Shown here: piece after piece, positions 27,664 to 37,688 of the stretch
Position numbering within the stretch: the first letter of the stretch is position 1
Layout of the letters: each line of letters opens with the position of its first letter
Source: Candidatus Krumholzibacteriota bacterium
GTDB lineage: Bacteria > Krumholzibacteriota > Krumholzibacteriia > LZORAL124-64-63
Direction: 5' to 3'
Assembly: GCA_039714075.1 (NCBI GenBank)
Contig: JBDLKA010000015.1
Span: forward strand, 1-51,581
Length of the DNA stretch: 51,581 nt
The notes under the pieces: generated by a model
Databases searched by the model: none
Seen by the model: only the letters and a program-made list of their open reading frames with translations
What the model was told of the DNA's origin: nothing
Position numbers and translations under genes: made by a program

Positions 27664-28058
27664 CAAGGCGCTCCCCCTTCGGAAAGGTCTTGGTAAAGCA
27701 TGTGCCGATTCCCGTCGGGGTCGAAGAACGTGGCTAGGCGAACTACCCCGGGAATCGTCTGCGTTTCCCCGTCGAAACGAACGTCGTGCCCCTCGAGTCG
27801 GGACCGGGCGGTATCGATTTCGGTCACGCCCCAGGTCAAGGTGGCACCGCCCTGCACTTGCGGTGCCTCGACCTGCCCCACACCCACGGTCACGCGAGCG
27901 ACGGGACTCTGGAGTTCGGCCCAGGCTAGTTCATCGGCTCGGAAAAGAAGTTGAAAACCAAGCACTTCCTGATACCAGGCCAGGGACCGATCGAGGTCAG
28001 CGCACTGGATCGCACAGGTAAGACCGCCGTCATATCCGAGAGGTCCTTCGTTCGTCAT
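27663..28058 (-). CDS. VOC family (glyoxalase/bleomycin-resistance) protein
   Basis: 'DLDRSLAWYQEVLGF', 'FFDPDGNRHML'. Confidence 0.9.
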   Translation of the reverse strand: MTNEGPLGYDGGLTCAIQCADLDRSLAWYQEVLGFQLLFRADELAWAELQSPVARVTVGVGQVEAPQVQGGATLTWGVTEIDTARSRLEGHDVRFDGETQTIPGVVRLATFFDPDGNRHMLYQDLSEGGAP

Positions 28059-28105
28059 GGGGCGTTCCCGCTTTCATTAAAGGGTCGATTTATGTTGCCT
28101 TCGGA

Positions 28106-28132
28106 ACAAAAGTATAGTAAATATACTTTTGT
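28106..28132. promoter_or_regulatory. Palindromic operator candidate between the divergent VOC and HxlR genes
   Basis: Perfect 11-5-11 inverted repeat ACAAAAGTATA-gtaaa-TATACTTTTGT. Confidence 0.75.
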
Positions 28133-28157
28133 CGCAACCCATTTCATGGAGAACACG

Positions 28158-28742
28158 ATGATCAAGTCCAAAACACCCGCCGTGCCTCCTTCCCTTAAGG
28201 GACTCGTGCAGCTCAGCCACCATCGCTGGATGGTGCCTCTGGTCGCCGAAATCGGGCGGGTAGGAGGCGAGCGCTTCGCGGTTTTGGGCACTCGGTTGGA
28301 GGTGAGTGGGCCGTCCCTGCGCCGCGCCCTCGCCGCGGCCCAAAACGCGGACCTGGTGATGCCGAATCCAGGTTACGGCCATCCCTTGCGGCCCGAGTAC
28401 CTGCTCACACCTTGGGGTGAAGCCATTGCCCGGGAATGCCATGAGGTGATGAAGGCAGCCCGGGCCCAATCCTGGAGCAAGCTTATCGCACGAAAGTGGA
28501 CGCTGCCGGTCCTGGCCGCGATAAAGTTTGGCCACCATCGCTACTCCGATATCGCCCAGGCCCTTCCTGCCTCCACACCACGAGCGATAGCCAATGCCCT
28601 GGACGATCTGACCCAGGCGGGGTGCATCGACCGGACTCTTGTCGACGAACGGCCCCCGCGACCCGACTACTCGATCGGACGTGCAGGCCGCCGGTTGGCG
28701 CGCACCGCAGCTGGGTTGGCCGTGGCGACCCAAGGAAAATAA
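28158..28742 (+). CDS. Tandem (double) HxlR-type winged-helix regulator
   Basis: GGAG RBS; two units, 'HRWMVPLV...RF...EYLLTPWG' and 'RKWTLPVL...RYSDI...DYSIGRAG'. Confidence 0.8.
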   Translation: MIKSKTPAVPPSLKGLVQLSHHRWMVPLVAEIGRVGGERFAVLGTRLEVSGPSLRRALAAAQNADLVMPNPGYGHPLRPEYLLTPWGEAIARECHEVMKAARAQSWSKLIARKWTLPVLAAIKFGHHRYSDIAQALPASTPRAIANALDDLTQAGCIDRTLVDERPPRPDYSIGRAGRRLARTAAGLAVATQGK

Positions 28743-28766
28743 AAGACTCCCCTCACGGAAAGTCTT
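28736..28766 (-). terminator. Rho-independent terminator (minus strand)
   Basis: AAGACTTTCC-GTGA-GGGGAGTCTT-TTATTTT: GNRA loop and U-rich tail, downstream of the kinase gene. Confidence 0.75.
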
Positions 28767-28806
28767 GTTGATTTGGTCGCCCCCTGGGTTAGAAGGTGCG
28801 AAACAT
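28741..28806. repeat. Degenerate copy 1 of a ~65-bp element (hairpin plus tRNA-3'-like end); copy 2 at 51061-51127
   Basis: Shared aaaa(t)gactccc...gtctt(g/t)ttgatt(t)ggt(c/a)gcccc...tgcgaa(a/c)cat. Confidence 0.55.
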
Positions 28807-28811
28807 CATCG

Positions 28812-31496
28812 TCAATCCAACACCGAATCCTTGATCAACTGCCTCCCCGCGAGCGATATGTAGAACGCCCAAACCGCCAAGGCGACCACCGCCGCCATGT
28901 ACAACAAGCCCGAGCCTGCATACCACAGCTGAAAATCCCAGGTCAGGTTGGCATTCCGCATGGCAGCAAGCATGACCATCCCGCCGATGATGCTGAGCAG
29001 GCCGAATCGCAGCACGCAGGCGACCAAGGTCGTCCCGAACAGTGCGGTAGCAATGACCCTGAAGACCTTCAGCCAGATCGGCAGATTCACATTAAATGGG
29101 CCGAACAACCCAAAGATTGAAAACAGCAGAACAAATGCGAGAAAGGCCGCCCAGTTACGCCGCAGCACAAGGCGGAATATCAACAGGACAACCAGAAAAA
29201 GCATGGCATTGCCGATGGAGCTTTCGAGAATGACCGCCAGATCCGCCGCCGCGTAGCGGATGCCGGACAGCCCGATATGGAGGTCGGCTCCCGCCAAGGG
29301 GTAAGTTATACCAAGAGACTGAATGAACAGGAAATCCAGCCATGCTGCCATGGAAACCACTAAGCCGACAGCACCCATGCCAACCAAAAGGTCCCGGCCG
29401 ACCAAGGGGTCCCGCACTCTTCCGATCATGATGCGGTTCCAGGAAACCAGGGTCTCGGGCCACAGCCGGCGGACATACGGCTCCAGGGCGATGTACATCA
29501 ACCCGATGAGGGCGCCGTGCGTCAGGCCGTGCGCCAACAACCGGCCGAACACCAACTGCTCGAACAGGGAACCGGCAGCCAGGGTGTCGAGCCGCACCTC
29601 CGCCAGAAGCCACGTTGCGCAGATGCTGACCACGTAGAAGCCCATGAGCTTGAACGCCCCCTTGGTGTCGCTGCGGCCAGAGCGCAGATTGCGGCGCGCC
29701 AGGAAAAGTGAGCTGACGATGACGCCGAACAGGAGCAGGCCGATCACCAAGGGAATGGACTCGGCGGAATCACCCGGTTCCTCGGTCAGGTCCCAGGGAC
29801 CCAGGATTTCGAAGTATGTCGGCGCGCCGCCAACTCGCCCAGCTTGTACGACACCTTCGATTCCCTCGAAAACGGTTCCACGCCAAGCCATCAATTCATC
29901 GCAGGAGGCGGTGGGCGCCCTGGCGGGCTCGATTGGCTGGAAGTCAGTCAGGTCAAAACCCGCGGCGACGAAAAGGGCCGACCATTTCAAGGGTTCACCG
30001 GAGGCCTCAACGATGCGGTCAGGGACGAGGTCGAGGCCGAGCAGATTTCCCTCGAGATCAAGCCAGATCCGACCCTGACCGGGCAATCCTTGCACGGGAT
30101 CATCCATGGAAACGAAAAATCCGTGGAGATCGTTTGGCTCCATTTCCGTCGCCGAGTACCGGAACCAGAACCGGGCTCCCGGAGGGCTTCCAGAGCTCAA
30201 CACCTCGGGATCCGTGGCAAGCGAATCTTTCTCGTCGAGCCAGGACAGGTAGGCATTGTAACGATCAAAACCGAATCTGCGGTGAAGACCCGGCTCTTCG
30301 ACACCGAAACCCGCCAGCGTCTCCAGGGCCCGGGAAGCCAATTCACCGGGCGGTGTGTCCAGCGGAAATTTGTGTTCAAGATCGTATCGCTGGGCGTTGT
30401 CGACGGACAGAACCACGGACAAAAGGACCGCCAACAGGGCTCCGACAGCGATGAGGGGATGCAGTCCTCCCGCGGCGCCCGCATCGGCGACCATCTCTGG
30501 CGAAGGGGTTTCGCCCGCAGCCAGGGCGGCTGCCAAGGGGTCACCTCCGGGGAGGGCGGCGGCTACCGCCAGGGCCGATACCGGCCGGGCCAGGGGTTCC
30601 TTTTCCAGACAGCGCAAAATGACCTGCTCGACGATCTCGTCGAGTTGGGTCACCAGGGAGGTCGGGTTTGTCGGCCTGGACTGCTCGTGTTGGCTGGCGA
30701 TTTCCGTGAGCGACGATCCCTGGAAGGCTCTCTGACCAGTGAAAACCTCGTAGAGCACCAGGCCCAGGGAATAGATATCGCTGCGCAGAGTGACCTCACC
30801 ACCCGCCAACTGTTCGGGCGACATATAGGCGGGCGTACCGGAGCGGTCTTTGGCACCCTCGAGGCCCTCCGCCAGGTTGGCCAGCCCGAAGTCGGCCAGT
30901 TTCACGCGGCCACGGCCGTCGATCATGACGTTGGCGGGTTTCAGGTCGCGGTGCAGGATGCCCTGTTCGTGCGCGGCGGCCAGTCCGGCGCAGATCTGCC
31001 GGCTGATCTCCAACGCTTTTTCGTGAGGCAGGCGCCCGATGCGCCGCAGCAGTGAGGACAGGTCTTCGCCGTCGACATATTCCATGGCCATGAAATGGGA
31101 TCCGTCGACTTCGTCAACGTCGTAGACCCGGCAGACATTGGGGTGTGACACCTGTCGGGCCAGTCGCACTTCGTTCAGCAGGCGCGCCAGCCGAGAGTCG
31201 TCTTTTTCCATGGCGGCAGGCAGAAACTTCAGAGCCACCGGCTGGCCCAGCTTCAGGTCTTCGGCCCGGTACACCTCACCCATGCCGCCGCGGCCCAACA
31301 GGCCCACGATTCGGTAGCGGCCGACCAGCAGGGTTCCCGGAATGAAGCGGGCATTGTTTATGGCCGTGGGCACGCTGGAATGGCTCGGGGAAGTGCGGGT
31401 TACAGTATCCGAAACGGCCTGGACTTCAGCTCCGCAGGCACTGCAGAACCGGCCGGCGGCCGGAATCTCGGCTGAACAGGATGGACAATGCGGCAT
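28812..31496 (-). CDS. Hanks-type Ser/Thr kinase with N-terminal zinc ribbon and multi-TM C-terminal region
   Basis: 'CPSC...CSAC'; GRGGMG, VALK, HRDLKPAN, DFG, GTPAYMSPE; TM, extracytoplasmic domain, about 8 further TM. Alternative start 31529. Confidence 0.92.
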   Translation of the reverse strand: MPHCPSCSAEIPAAGRFCSACGAEVQAVSDTVTRTSPSHSSVPTAINNARFIPGTLLVGRYRIVGLLGRGGMGEVYRAEDLKLGQPVALKFLPAAMEKDDSRLARLLNEVRLARQVSHPNVCRVYDVDEVDGSHFMAMEYVDGEDLSSLLRRIGRLPHEKALEISRQICAGLAAAHEQGILHRDLKPANVMIDGRGRVKLADFGLANLAEGLEGAKDRSGTPAYMSPEQLAGGEVTLRSDIYSLGLVLYEVFTGQRAFQGSSLTEIASQHEQSRPTNPTSLVTQLDEIVEQVILRCLEKEPLARPVSALAVAAALPGGDPLAAALAAGETPSPEMVADAGAAGGLHPLIAVGALLAVLLSVVLSVDNAQRYDLEHKFPLDTPPGELASRALETLAGFGVEEPGLHRRFGFDRYNAYLSWLDEKDSLATDPEVLSSGSPPGARFWFRYSATEMEPNDLHGFFVSMDDPVQGLPGQGRIWLDLEGNLLGLDLVPDRIVEASGEPLKWSALFVAAGFDLTDFQPIEPARAPTASCDELMAWRGTVFEGIEGVVQAGRVGGAPTYFEILGPWDLTEEPGDSAESIPLVIGLLLFGVIVSSLFLARRNLRSGRSDTKGAFKLMGFYVVSICATWLLAEVRLDTLAAGSLFEQLVFGRLLAHGLTHGALIGLMYIALEPYVRRLWPETLVSWNRIMIGRVRDPLVGRDLLVGMGAVGLVVSMAAWLDFLFIQSLGITYPLAGADLHIGLSGIRYAAADLAVILESSIGNAMLFLVVLLIFRLVLRRNWAAFLAFVLLFSIFGLFGPFNVNLPIWLKVFRVIATALFGTTLVACVLRFGLLSIIGGMVMLAAMRNANLTWDFQLWYAGSGLLYMAAVVALAVWAFYISLAGRQLIKDSVLD

Positions 31497-31622
31497 CGTA
31501 CGTTTCCCAGGCATTGCGCCAAACACCATGGCGAGGCGAGCCTTCAGATCGATTGACTGAAATGAATATCAGAACCGACCGGAACGGCCCCACCCTAGCA
31601 AAAGACAGGCGTTAATGCTCCT

Positions 31623-31647
31623 GTTTTCCTCTGAAATGGAGGAAAAC
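31623..31647. terminator. Hairpin downstream of the first czcA-like gene
   Basis: GTTTTCCTC / GAGGAAAAC inverted repeat immediately after the stop. Confidence 0.5.
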
Positions 31648-31649
31648 GG

Positions 31650-34600
31650 CTATCGTTGCTTCATTTCCGTTTTCCCTCCCCGGCCGAATGTCCGATAGAG
31701 GGCCGGCAGAACAACGAGGGTCAGGGCGTTGGCCGACAGCACACCGCCGATAACGACGGTCGCCAGGGGCCGCTGCACCTCTGCTCCCACCCCCGTGTTC
31801 AGGGCCATGGGGACAAACCCGAGGGCGGCCACGAGGGTGGTCATCAGGACCGGCCGCAGCCGCATCAGCGCGCTGCTCTCGATGGCGTCATCCAGTGAGC
31901 ATCCCTCTCGAAGCAGCCGCCTCATGGTCGACACCATCACCAGCCCCGCCAGCATGGCCACGCCCGAGACCGCCACGAATCCGATCCCAGCCGATACCGT
32001 GTAGGGCAGGCCGCGGATCCACAGGGCCAGGATTCCGCCCAGGGTGGCGAACGGAGCGGCCATGAAAATGATCAGGGCGTCCCGCCAGGACTGGGTGCTG
32101 GAGTAGAGCAGGAACAGGATCAGGGCCAGGGCCACCGGGACAACCACCGACAGGCGGAGGCGGGCCCGCTCCATATGCTCGAATTGGCCGGCGAACTCGA
32201 GGTAGTAGCCCGAGGGCAGTTCTATCTCCGCCGCGATCCGCTCGCGGGCCTCGGCCACGAAACCCCCGACGTCCCGACCGCGCACGTTGCACTGCGCGAC
32301 GATGCGCCGGCGCTGCCACTCGCGGGTGATGGTCGAAGGCCCTTCGACCAGTTCGATGCGCGCCAGATGCTCGAGGGGAATCTGCGCCCCGGATGCCGTG
32401 GAGACCGGCATCCGGCGCAGTTTTTCCGGATCGTTCCGAATGTGTTCGGGCAGGCGAACGGCAAGGTCGAAGCGCCACTGATCCTCGCGCACTTCTCCGA
32501 CCGTCACCCCGCCCACCGCTTCAACCAGTTCGAGAACGTGTTGGGCCGGGACCCCGTGGCGCGCGATGGCCTCCTGGTCGACCCGGATCTCCATCACCGG
32601 CTGTCCGGTGATCTGCTCGACGTAGAGGTCGGCCGCGCCCGGAATCGATTCGAGGACCTCCCCCACTGCGGCCGCCGATTCGCGCAGAATCTCGAGATCA
32701 TCCCCGAAGATCTTGACGCCCACGTCGGTCCGGATGCCGGCGATCATCTCGTTGAGGCGCATCTCGATGGGCTGCGTGAAAACGACCCTCATGCCGGGCA
32801 ACCCGGAAATCTCGGCGTTCATGACCTCGACCAGTTCGTCCTGGGTCCGGGCCTTCGTCCACTGCTTCCGTGGATGCAGCGTCAGGTAGATGTCCGTCAG
32901 TTCGATCCCCATGGGGTCGGTTGCCACCTCGGCCGTACCGGTCCTGGACCAGACGTGCCGGACCTCGTCGGGGAACCTCTCGAGGATCAACTTCTCGATC
33001 CGGGTGCCGTACCTGACCGACTCCTCGAGGGAAGCGCCCGCCAGACGCACCGTGTTGATGGCCAGGCTGCCCTCCGACAGGCGCGGTATGAACTCCGATC
33101 CGATGGTCAAGCCAACAGCCCCACCCAGGGCAAGCAGGCCCAGGGTCGAAACCAGGACCAGCTTCCGGCGCTCCACCGCGAAACGGACCACCGGCCGGTA
33201 GACCCGCCCGAGCCAGGCAACCAGACGGTTCTCCTTTTCACGCGGCCGGCCTCGCAGAACGTAGCTGGCCAGGACCGGCATCAGGGTCAGCGACAGGATC
33301 AACGATCCGGCCAGGGCGAACATCAGGGTCAGGGCCATGGGCTGGAACAGCTTGCCCTCGATCCCCTCGAGCGCCAGGACCGGCAGGAACACGATGGCAA
33401 TGATCAGTTCGCCGTACATGGTCGGCTTGCGGACCTCGAGCGCGGCCTCGCGAACCGTTTCCAGGACGGTGCCCTTCCGTGCGGGGTCCTGAAGGCGTCG
33501 GACGCTGTTCTCGACCATGATCACCGAACTGTCCACGATCAGGCCGAAATCGATGGCGCCGAGGCTCATCAAGGATCCCGCGATGCCGAACCGCAGCATG
33601 CCCTGTGTCGCGAACATCATGGACAGGGGAATGGCCAAAGCCACGATCAATCCTGCCCGCAGGTCGCCCAGGAAGACGAAGAGAACCGCGACGACGAGGA
33701 TCGCGCCTTCGAACAGGTTTTCACGGACGGTTTCGAGGACCTGGTCCACCAGTTCGGTCCGCTCGTAGACCGCCTCGATCTTCACCCCGGCGGGCAGGGA
33801 CGCCTTGATCTCCTCCATGCGCTCACGCATGCGGCCGGTGACTTCGTGGCTGTTCTCGCCCATCAGCATGAAGCCCAGGCCGAGGACCACCTCGCCCCGG
33901 CCCGCTGCGGTGGCGGCTCCCCGGCGAATTTCATGGCCCTCGACGACCTCGCCGACGTCCCCGATCCGGACCGGGACCCCGTCGTGCGAGGCGATCACGA
34001 TGGCCGCGATCTCGTCCTCGTCGCGGGTCAGACTGATGCCCTGCACCAGGTGCAGTTCACCGGCCTCGACGACATAGCCGCCGCCGACATTCATGTTGTT
34101 TCGAGACAGCGCGGTGAACACGTCGTCCAGGGTCAGCCCGAACTTGACCAGCTTGTCCGGGTCGGCCAGAACCTGGTACTGCTTGCTCTCCCCACCCCAG
34201 GTGTTGACCTCGGCGACACCGGCCACCGCCTGCAGGCGGGGCTTGACGACCCAGTCGTGAAGGGTGGTCAGCTCCTGCAGCGAGTGCTCGTCGCTGGTCA
34301 TTATGTAGTGGTAGACCTCGCCCAGGCCGGTGGCCACGGGACCCATTTCGGGACGGGTTATGCCCGCCGGCAGTTCGACGGTCTGCAGACGCTCCATGAT
34401 GAGTTGCCGGGCGAAGTAGATGTCGGTGCCGTCATGGAAGGTGGCGGTCACCTGGCTCAGCCCGAACTTGGATATCGACCGCACCCCTTCCAGGTCAGGC
34501 AGACCGGCTATGGCCCGTTCGACGGGAAAAGTGATCTGCTGTTCGATCTCGAGGGGAGAGAGCGACAGGGCGGTCGTGTTGATCTGCACCTGTACCGGCG

Positions 34601-34727
34601 TCGTGTCCGGGAACGCGTCGACCGGCAGGTTCAGGACGGTGTGGACCCCCAGGCCGGCCATGACCAGCGTCAGGGCGATTACCATGAAGCGGTGATTCAG
34701 CGACCACGTTATGACGGCGTCAAGCAT
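31650..34727 (-). CDS. czcA: CusA/CzcA-family heavy-metal RND permease (DFG-type TM4)
   Basis: 'LPVDAFPD', 'SLGAIDFGLIVDSSVIMVEN', 'RLRPVLMT', 'EVQRPLATVVIGG'; 1025 aa. Confidence 0.93.
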   Translation of the reverse strand: MLDAVITWSLNHRFMVIALTLVMAGLGVHTVLNLPVDAFPDTTPVQVQINTTALSLSPLEIEQQITFPVERAIAGLPDLEGVRSISKFGLSQVTATFHDGTDIYFARQLIMERLQTVELPAGITRPEMGPVATGLGEVYHYIMTSDEHSLQELTTLHDWVVKPRLQAVAGVAEVNTWGGESKQYQVLADPDKLVKFGLTLDDVFTALSRNNMNVGGGYVVEAGELHLVQGISLTRDEDEIAAIVIASHDGVPVRIGDVGEVVEGHEIRRGAATAAGRGEVVLGLGFMLMGENSHEVTGRMRERMEEIKASLPAGVKIEAVYERTELVDQVLETVRENLFEGAILVVAVLFVFLGDLRAGLIVALAIPLSMMFATQGMLRFGIAGSLMSLGAIDFGLIVDSSVIMVENSVRRLQDPARKGTVLETVREAALEVRKPTMYGELIIAIVFLPVLALEGIEGKLFQPMALTLMFALAGSLILSLTLMPVLASYVLRGRPREKENRLVAWLGRVYRPVVRFAVERRKLVLVSTLGLLALGGAVGLTIGSEFIPRLSEGSLAINTVRLAGASLEESVRYGTRIEKLILERFPDEVRHVWSRTGTAEVATDPMGIELTDIYLTLHPRKQWTKARTQDELVEVMNAEISGLPGMRVVFTQPIEMRLNEMIAGIRTDVGVKIFGDDLEILRESAAAVGEVLESIPGAADLYVEQITGQPVMEIRVDQEAIARHGVPAQHVLELVEAVGGVTVGEVREDQWRFDLAVRLPEHIRNDPEKLRRMPVSTASGAQIPLEHLARIELVEGPSTITREWQRRRIVAQCNVRGRDVGGFVAEARERIAAEIELPSGYYLEFAGQFEHMERARLRLSVVVPVALALILFLLYSSTQSWRDALIIFMAAPFATLGGILALWIRGLPYTVSAGIGFVAVSGVAMLAGLVMVSTMRRLLREGCSLDDAIESSALMRLRPVLMTTLVAALGFVPMALNTGVGAEVQRPLATVVIGGVLSANALTLVVLPALYRTFGRGGKTEMKQR

Positions 34728-34733
34728 GGTGCA

Positions 34734-36293
34734 TCACCCCTCCTGGGAACCCGGCTGCGCTTCACAGCAACCGGCGCCGATGCTCCCCTTGAGGATCTCG
34801 GTCTTGAGAAGGAAACTCCCCTGGGTGACGACCGTTTCGCCGCCCTTCAATCCTCGCCTCACTTCGACCATCGTCCCGGTCGCCGGGCCGAGGTGGACCT
34901 TCACCGGACGGAACACGGTCGGCGAATCCTGCACGAAGACCACGTTGCAACAGCCCTCCCACTGGACTGCGGCGCGGGGCGCCACCACGGTGGGTTGGGC
35001 GTCACGCACGGTCACAACGGCCCGGGCGAACATGTTGGCCCGCAGGGAACCGTCGGGGTTGTCAAGCTCGGCCCGTGCCTCCAGGGTCCGCGTACGCGGG
35101 TCGAGATGGGCGCCGACCCACGTGATTCTGCCGGCGACCGCCTCGCCGGGCAGCCCTTCCACATGCAGAATCACGGGCTGGCCCGTCCGGATATCCCGGA
35201 TGTCCGTTTCGTAGATGTCCAGCCGGGCCCACATTCTGGTCACGTCAGCCATGGCGAACAGGGGAACCGAAGGGTTGCTAAGCTCGCCCACCGTAGCCTG
35301 GCGCTCGACCACCACGCCGGAGAAGGGGGCCGTAACCCCGTACTCGTTGGTCGTGTCTCCGGTGCGCGCCACCTCGGCAATCCGGTCGGCCGACAGGCCC
35401 AGGCCCATGAGTTCCTGCTCCGCGCGGGACTTGGCTATCCGGCTCTCTGCCAGACTGGTCTCGGCTTCCAGGAGATCGCGCTCGGTGGCCACCCCCCGGG
35501 CCAGGAGGTCCTTTTCCCGGGCGTGATTCCTGGTCCAAAGAGTTTCGGACGCCAGAGCCTGGAGGTACGCGGCCTTGGCCGCGCCGAAGGCCGGCGAAAC
35601 GATCACCGCCAGAACCTCACCCGGATCGACCAGGTCGCCCAGGTCCTTCTCCACCGATTGGACCAGGCCGCCGACCTGGGGCGCCAGGCGGGCGAAGCGG
35701 GTGCCGTCGTAGTCCAGGATCGCGTTGCACTCAAGGGTCCGCGACACGGGCTGGACCTTCACCTCCGCGAATTCCAGTCCCGCTTCCTGGGCAATCGTCT
35801 CGCGCTCGAAGGTCACCGTCAGGAGTTGGGTGGTGCACGTGACGGAGGGGGCCCGGCGGTATCGTGGTTCCGAACCGTGTTGCTCCGCTTCGACCTCACC
35901 CGGAATGGAGGTCGCCTCGGCCAGAGCCGGGTTGCAGTCCACACACCGGGATTCCGGCAGGCCGTGCCCGGCGCACCAGTCGTCGACGGCCTGGTAGGCG
36001 GCGACCATGTCGGGATTGCAGATCCAGCACAGGGCCTCGGCCACGTCGTGCCCGGCGCACCAGCCCATTTCGGCTATAAGACCGGGATTGCAGAAGGGAC
36101 AGGCCGATTCGGCGATCGCGTGTTCAGCGCACCAGTCTGCGGCCGCTACCGTCTCGCCGTGCTCGCCCGGCCCGTGGTCGTGACCCGCGTTTTCATCCAC
36201 GACCGTCTTGTCGGTGGTTCCGTCCCCGCACCCGGCCGCCGTGACGACCAGGAGGGTAATGGTCAACAAAAAAGTCTTCTTCAGGGTGTTCAT
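34734..36293 (-). CDS. RND periplasmic adaptor (CzcB-like) lipoprotein with three Cys/His repeats
   Basis: Lipobox 'AAGC'; WCxxH-x6-CxxCNP three times; MFP motifs 'VTAPFSGVVVER', 'LDPRTRT', 'LRANMF'. Confidence 0.9.
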   Translation of the reverse strand: MNTLKKTFLLTITLLVVTAAGCGDGTTDKTVVDENAGHDHGPGEHGETVAAADWCAEHAIAESACPFCNPGLIAEMGWCAGHDVAEALCWICNPDMVAAYQAVDDWCAGHGLPESRCVDCNPALAEATSIPGEVEAEQHGSEPRYRRAPSVTCTTQLLTVTFERETIAQEAGLEFAEVKVQPVSRTLECNAILDYDGTRFARLAPQVGGLVQSVEKDLGDLVDPGEVLAVIVSPAFGAAKAAYLQALASETLWTRNHAREKDLLARGVATERDLLEAETSLAESRIAKSRAEQELMGLGLSADRIAEVARTGDTTNEYGVTAPFSGVVVERQATVGELSNPSVPLFAMADVTRMWARLDIYETDIRDIRTGQPVILHVEGLPGEAVAGRITWVGAHLDPRTRTLEARAELDNPDGSLRANMFARAVVTVRDAQPTVVAPRAAVQWEGCCNVVFVQDSPTVFRPVKVHLGPATGTMVEVRRGLKGGETVVTQGSFLLKTEILKGSIGAGCCEAQPGSQEG

Positions 36294-37597
36294 CGTTCTT
36301 CTCCAATGTCGGTGTAGGGACCGGCGCCGAGCAGACTCATGAGGTCGGCCTCGGCTTGGGCAAGGTCCCGGCGCAGCTCCATCGTGCGCAGGAGTACGTC
36401 TTTGAAGGTCCGCTGGGCGTCGACCAGCTCCAGGAACATGAGGCGTCCGGCCCGGTAGGCCTCCTGGGCCTGGCTCAGGGCCCGCTCGGCCGACGGAGTG
36501 ATCCGTTCGACGAGCTGGTCCATCTGTTCATGGACAATGCGGTGGTTCAACCGGGCGGTGGACAGGGTGACTTCGAGTTCGTGAGCGGCGAGCCGTTCCT
36601 CGTGGCGGGCCATGGCCACCAGCGACGCGGCCTCGGCGACCCGGCCCTGATTGCGGTGGAAGATGGGCAGGGGAAGGCTGATCCCGCCCTCCACGAAGTT
36701 GTCCTCATCGGGCCGGGCGCGGCCATAGCCGACGAACAGGTTCAGGTCCGGGATCCGTTCCTTCTTCGCCGTCGCCAGCCTGGCTTCGGCTGCGTCGACG
36801 CCCAGGCGGACGGCCCTCAGCTCCGGGTGGCCTTCCATCTCCGCGGCGGTATCCGGCGGCAGGCTGGCTGTTTCGGCATCGGGATCGAGACTGCCGCCGA
36901 GCCGATCGGCCGGTACCTCTATTCCGCCGAGAATGACCTTCATCTCCGCGGCGCTCCGCACGCGTTTGCGTTCCAGTTCCTGCCGGGCAACCTCGAGGTC
37001 GTACACCTCGAGCAGGGCGCGCGTCACGTGGACCTCGGGGGCGGCCTTGGCCTCGTACCGTGCCCTGGCGATGGCCAGGGTCCGTTCGGCCCCGGCCGTC
37101 AATTCGTCGTAGGCCGCCTCGACCTCGCGGAAGTGAATCTGGTCGGCCCACCATTTATGGACCCGCCCCAAAGCCTTTCGGCGCGCCAGGAGCACACGTT
37201 CCCTGGCTTGATCAACTTCGGCCCCTGCCGCGTCCACCGCCGCCCCACGACGACCGCCGATCAGGAACGCCTGCGACAGTTCCACCTTCTGCTTGTTGAA
37301 GGAGGGATCGTCCACCGACATCTCCTCCACCGCGAATGAGAGTTCGGGGTTGGGGTACAGTCCCGCCTGCTGCATGCGCCCGGTCCGGGCCTCGACCTCG
37401 ATCCGGGCCAGGGCCAGATCCGGATTTGCCAGTTCGGCGATCCGGAACAGGTCCTCCAGTCCGATTTCGGGGCGGGCCAGGATCTCATCAATCTCCCGGC
37501 GGACCTCCGTCCGGGAGGCCGCCTGCCGGTCGTCTTCCGCGGCTGCGGTCATGGCCCACGCCAGGACCAGCAGCGGCAGGTACCGCAGTATCTTCAT
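36290..37597 (-). CDS. TolC/CzcC-family outer-membrane efflux protein
   Basis: Signal peptide; 'AGLYPNPEL', 'SLPLPIFHRNQG', 'YRAGRLMFLELVDAQR'. Start may be 37600. Confidence 0.9.
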   Translation of the reverse strand: MKILRYLPLLVLAWAMTAAAEDDRQAASRTEVRREIDEILARPEIGLEDLFRIAELANPDLALARIEVEARTGRMQQAGLYPNPELSFAVEEMSVDDPSFNKQKVELSQAFLIGGRRGAAVDAAGAEVDQARERVLLARRKALGRVHKWWADQIHFREVEAAYDELTAGAERTLAIARARYEAKAAPEVHVTRALLEVYDLEVARQELERKRVRSAAEMKVILGGIEVPADRLGGSLDPDAETASLPPDTAAEMEGHPELRAVRLGVDAAEARLATAKKERIPDLNLFVGYGRARPDEDNFVEGGISLPLPIFHRNQGRVAEAASLVAMARHEERLAAHELEVTLSTARLNHRIVHEQMDQLVERITPSAERALSQAQEAYRAGRLMFLELVDAQRTFKDVLLRTMELRRDLAQAEADLMSLLGAGPYTDIGEER

Positions 37598-37688
37598 CAC
37601 GCACAATCCTCTCGGACAGTTGGCGATTCATGGAGCCGGCGTCCGAAACGCCGGCCGTGATTTTTCTGAAAAAGAGGGAATCGGGGAG

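Noticed and set aside
35928..36134. Heme-binding motifs in the MFP repeats
   Set aside because: The pattern is CxxCN, not CxxCH.
32175..36317. 1380-aa ORF on the plus strand
   Set aside because: Antisense shadow of the czcA and MFP genes, typical of high-GC codon bias; no recognisable motifs.
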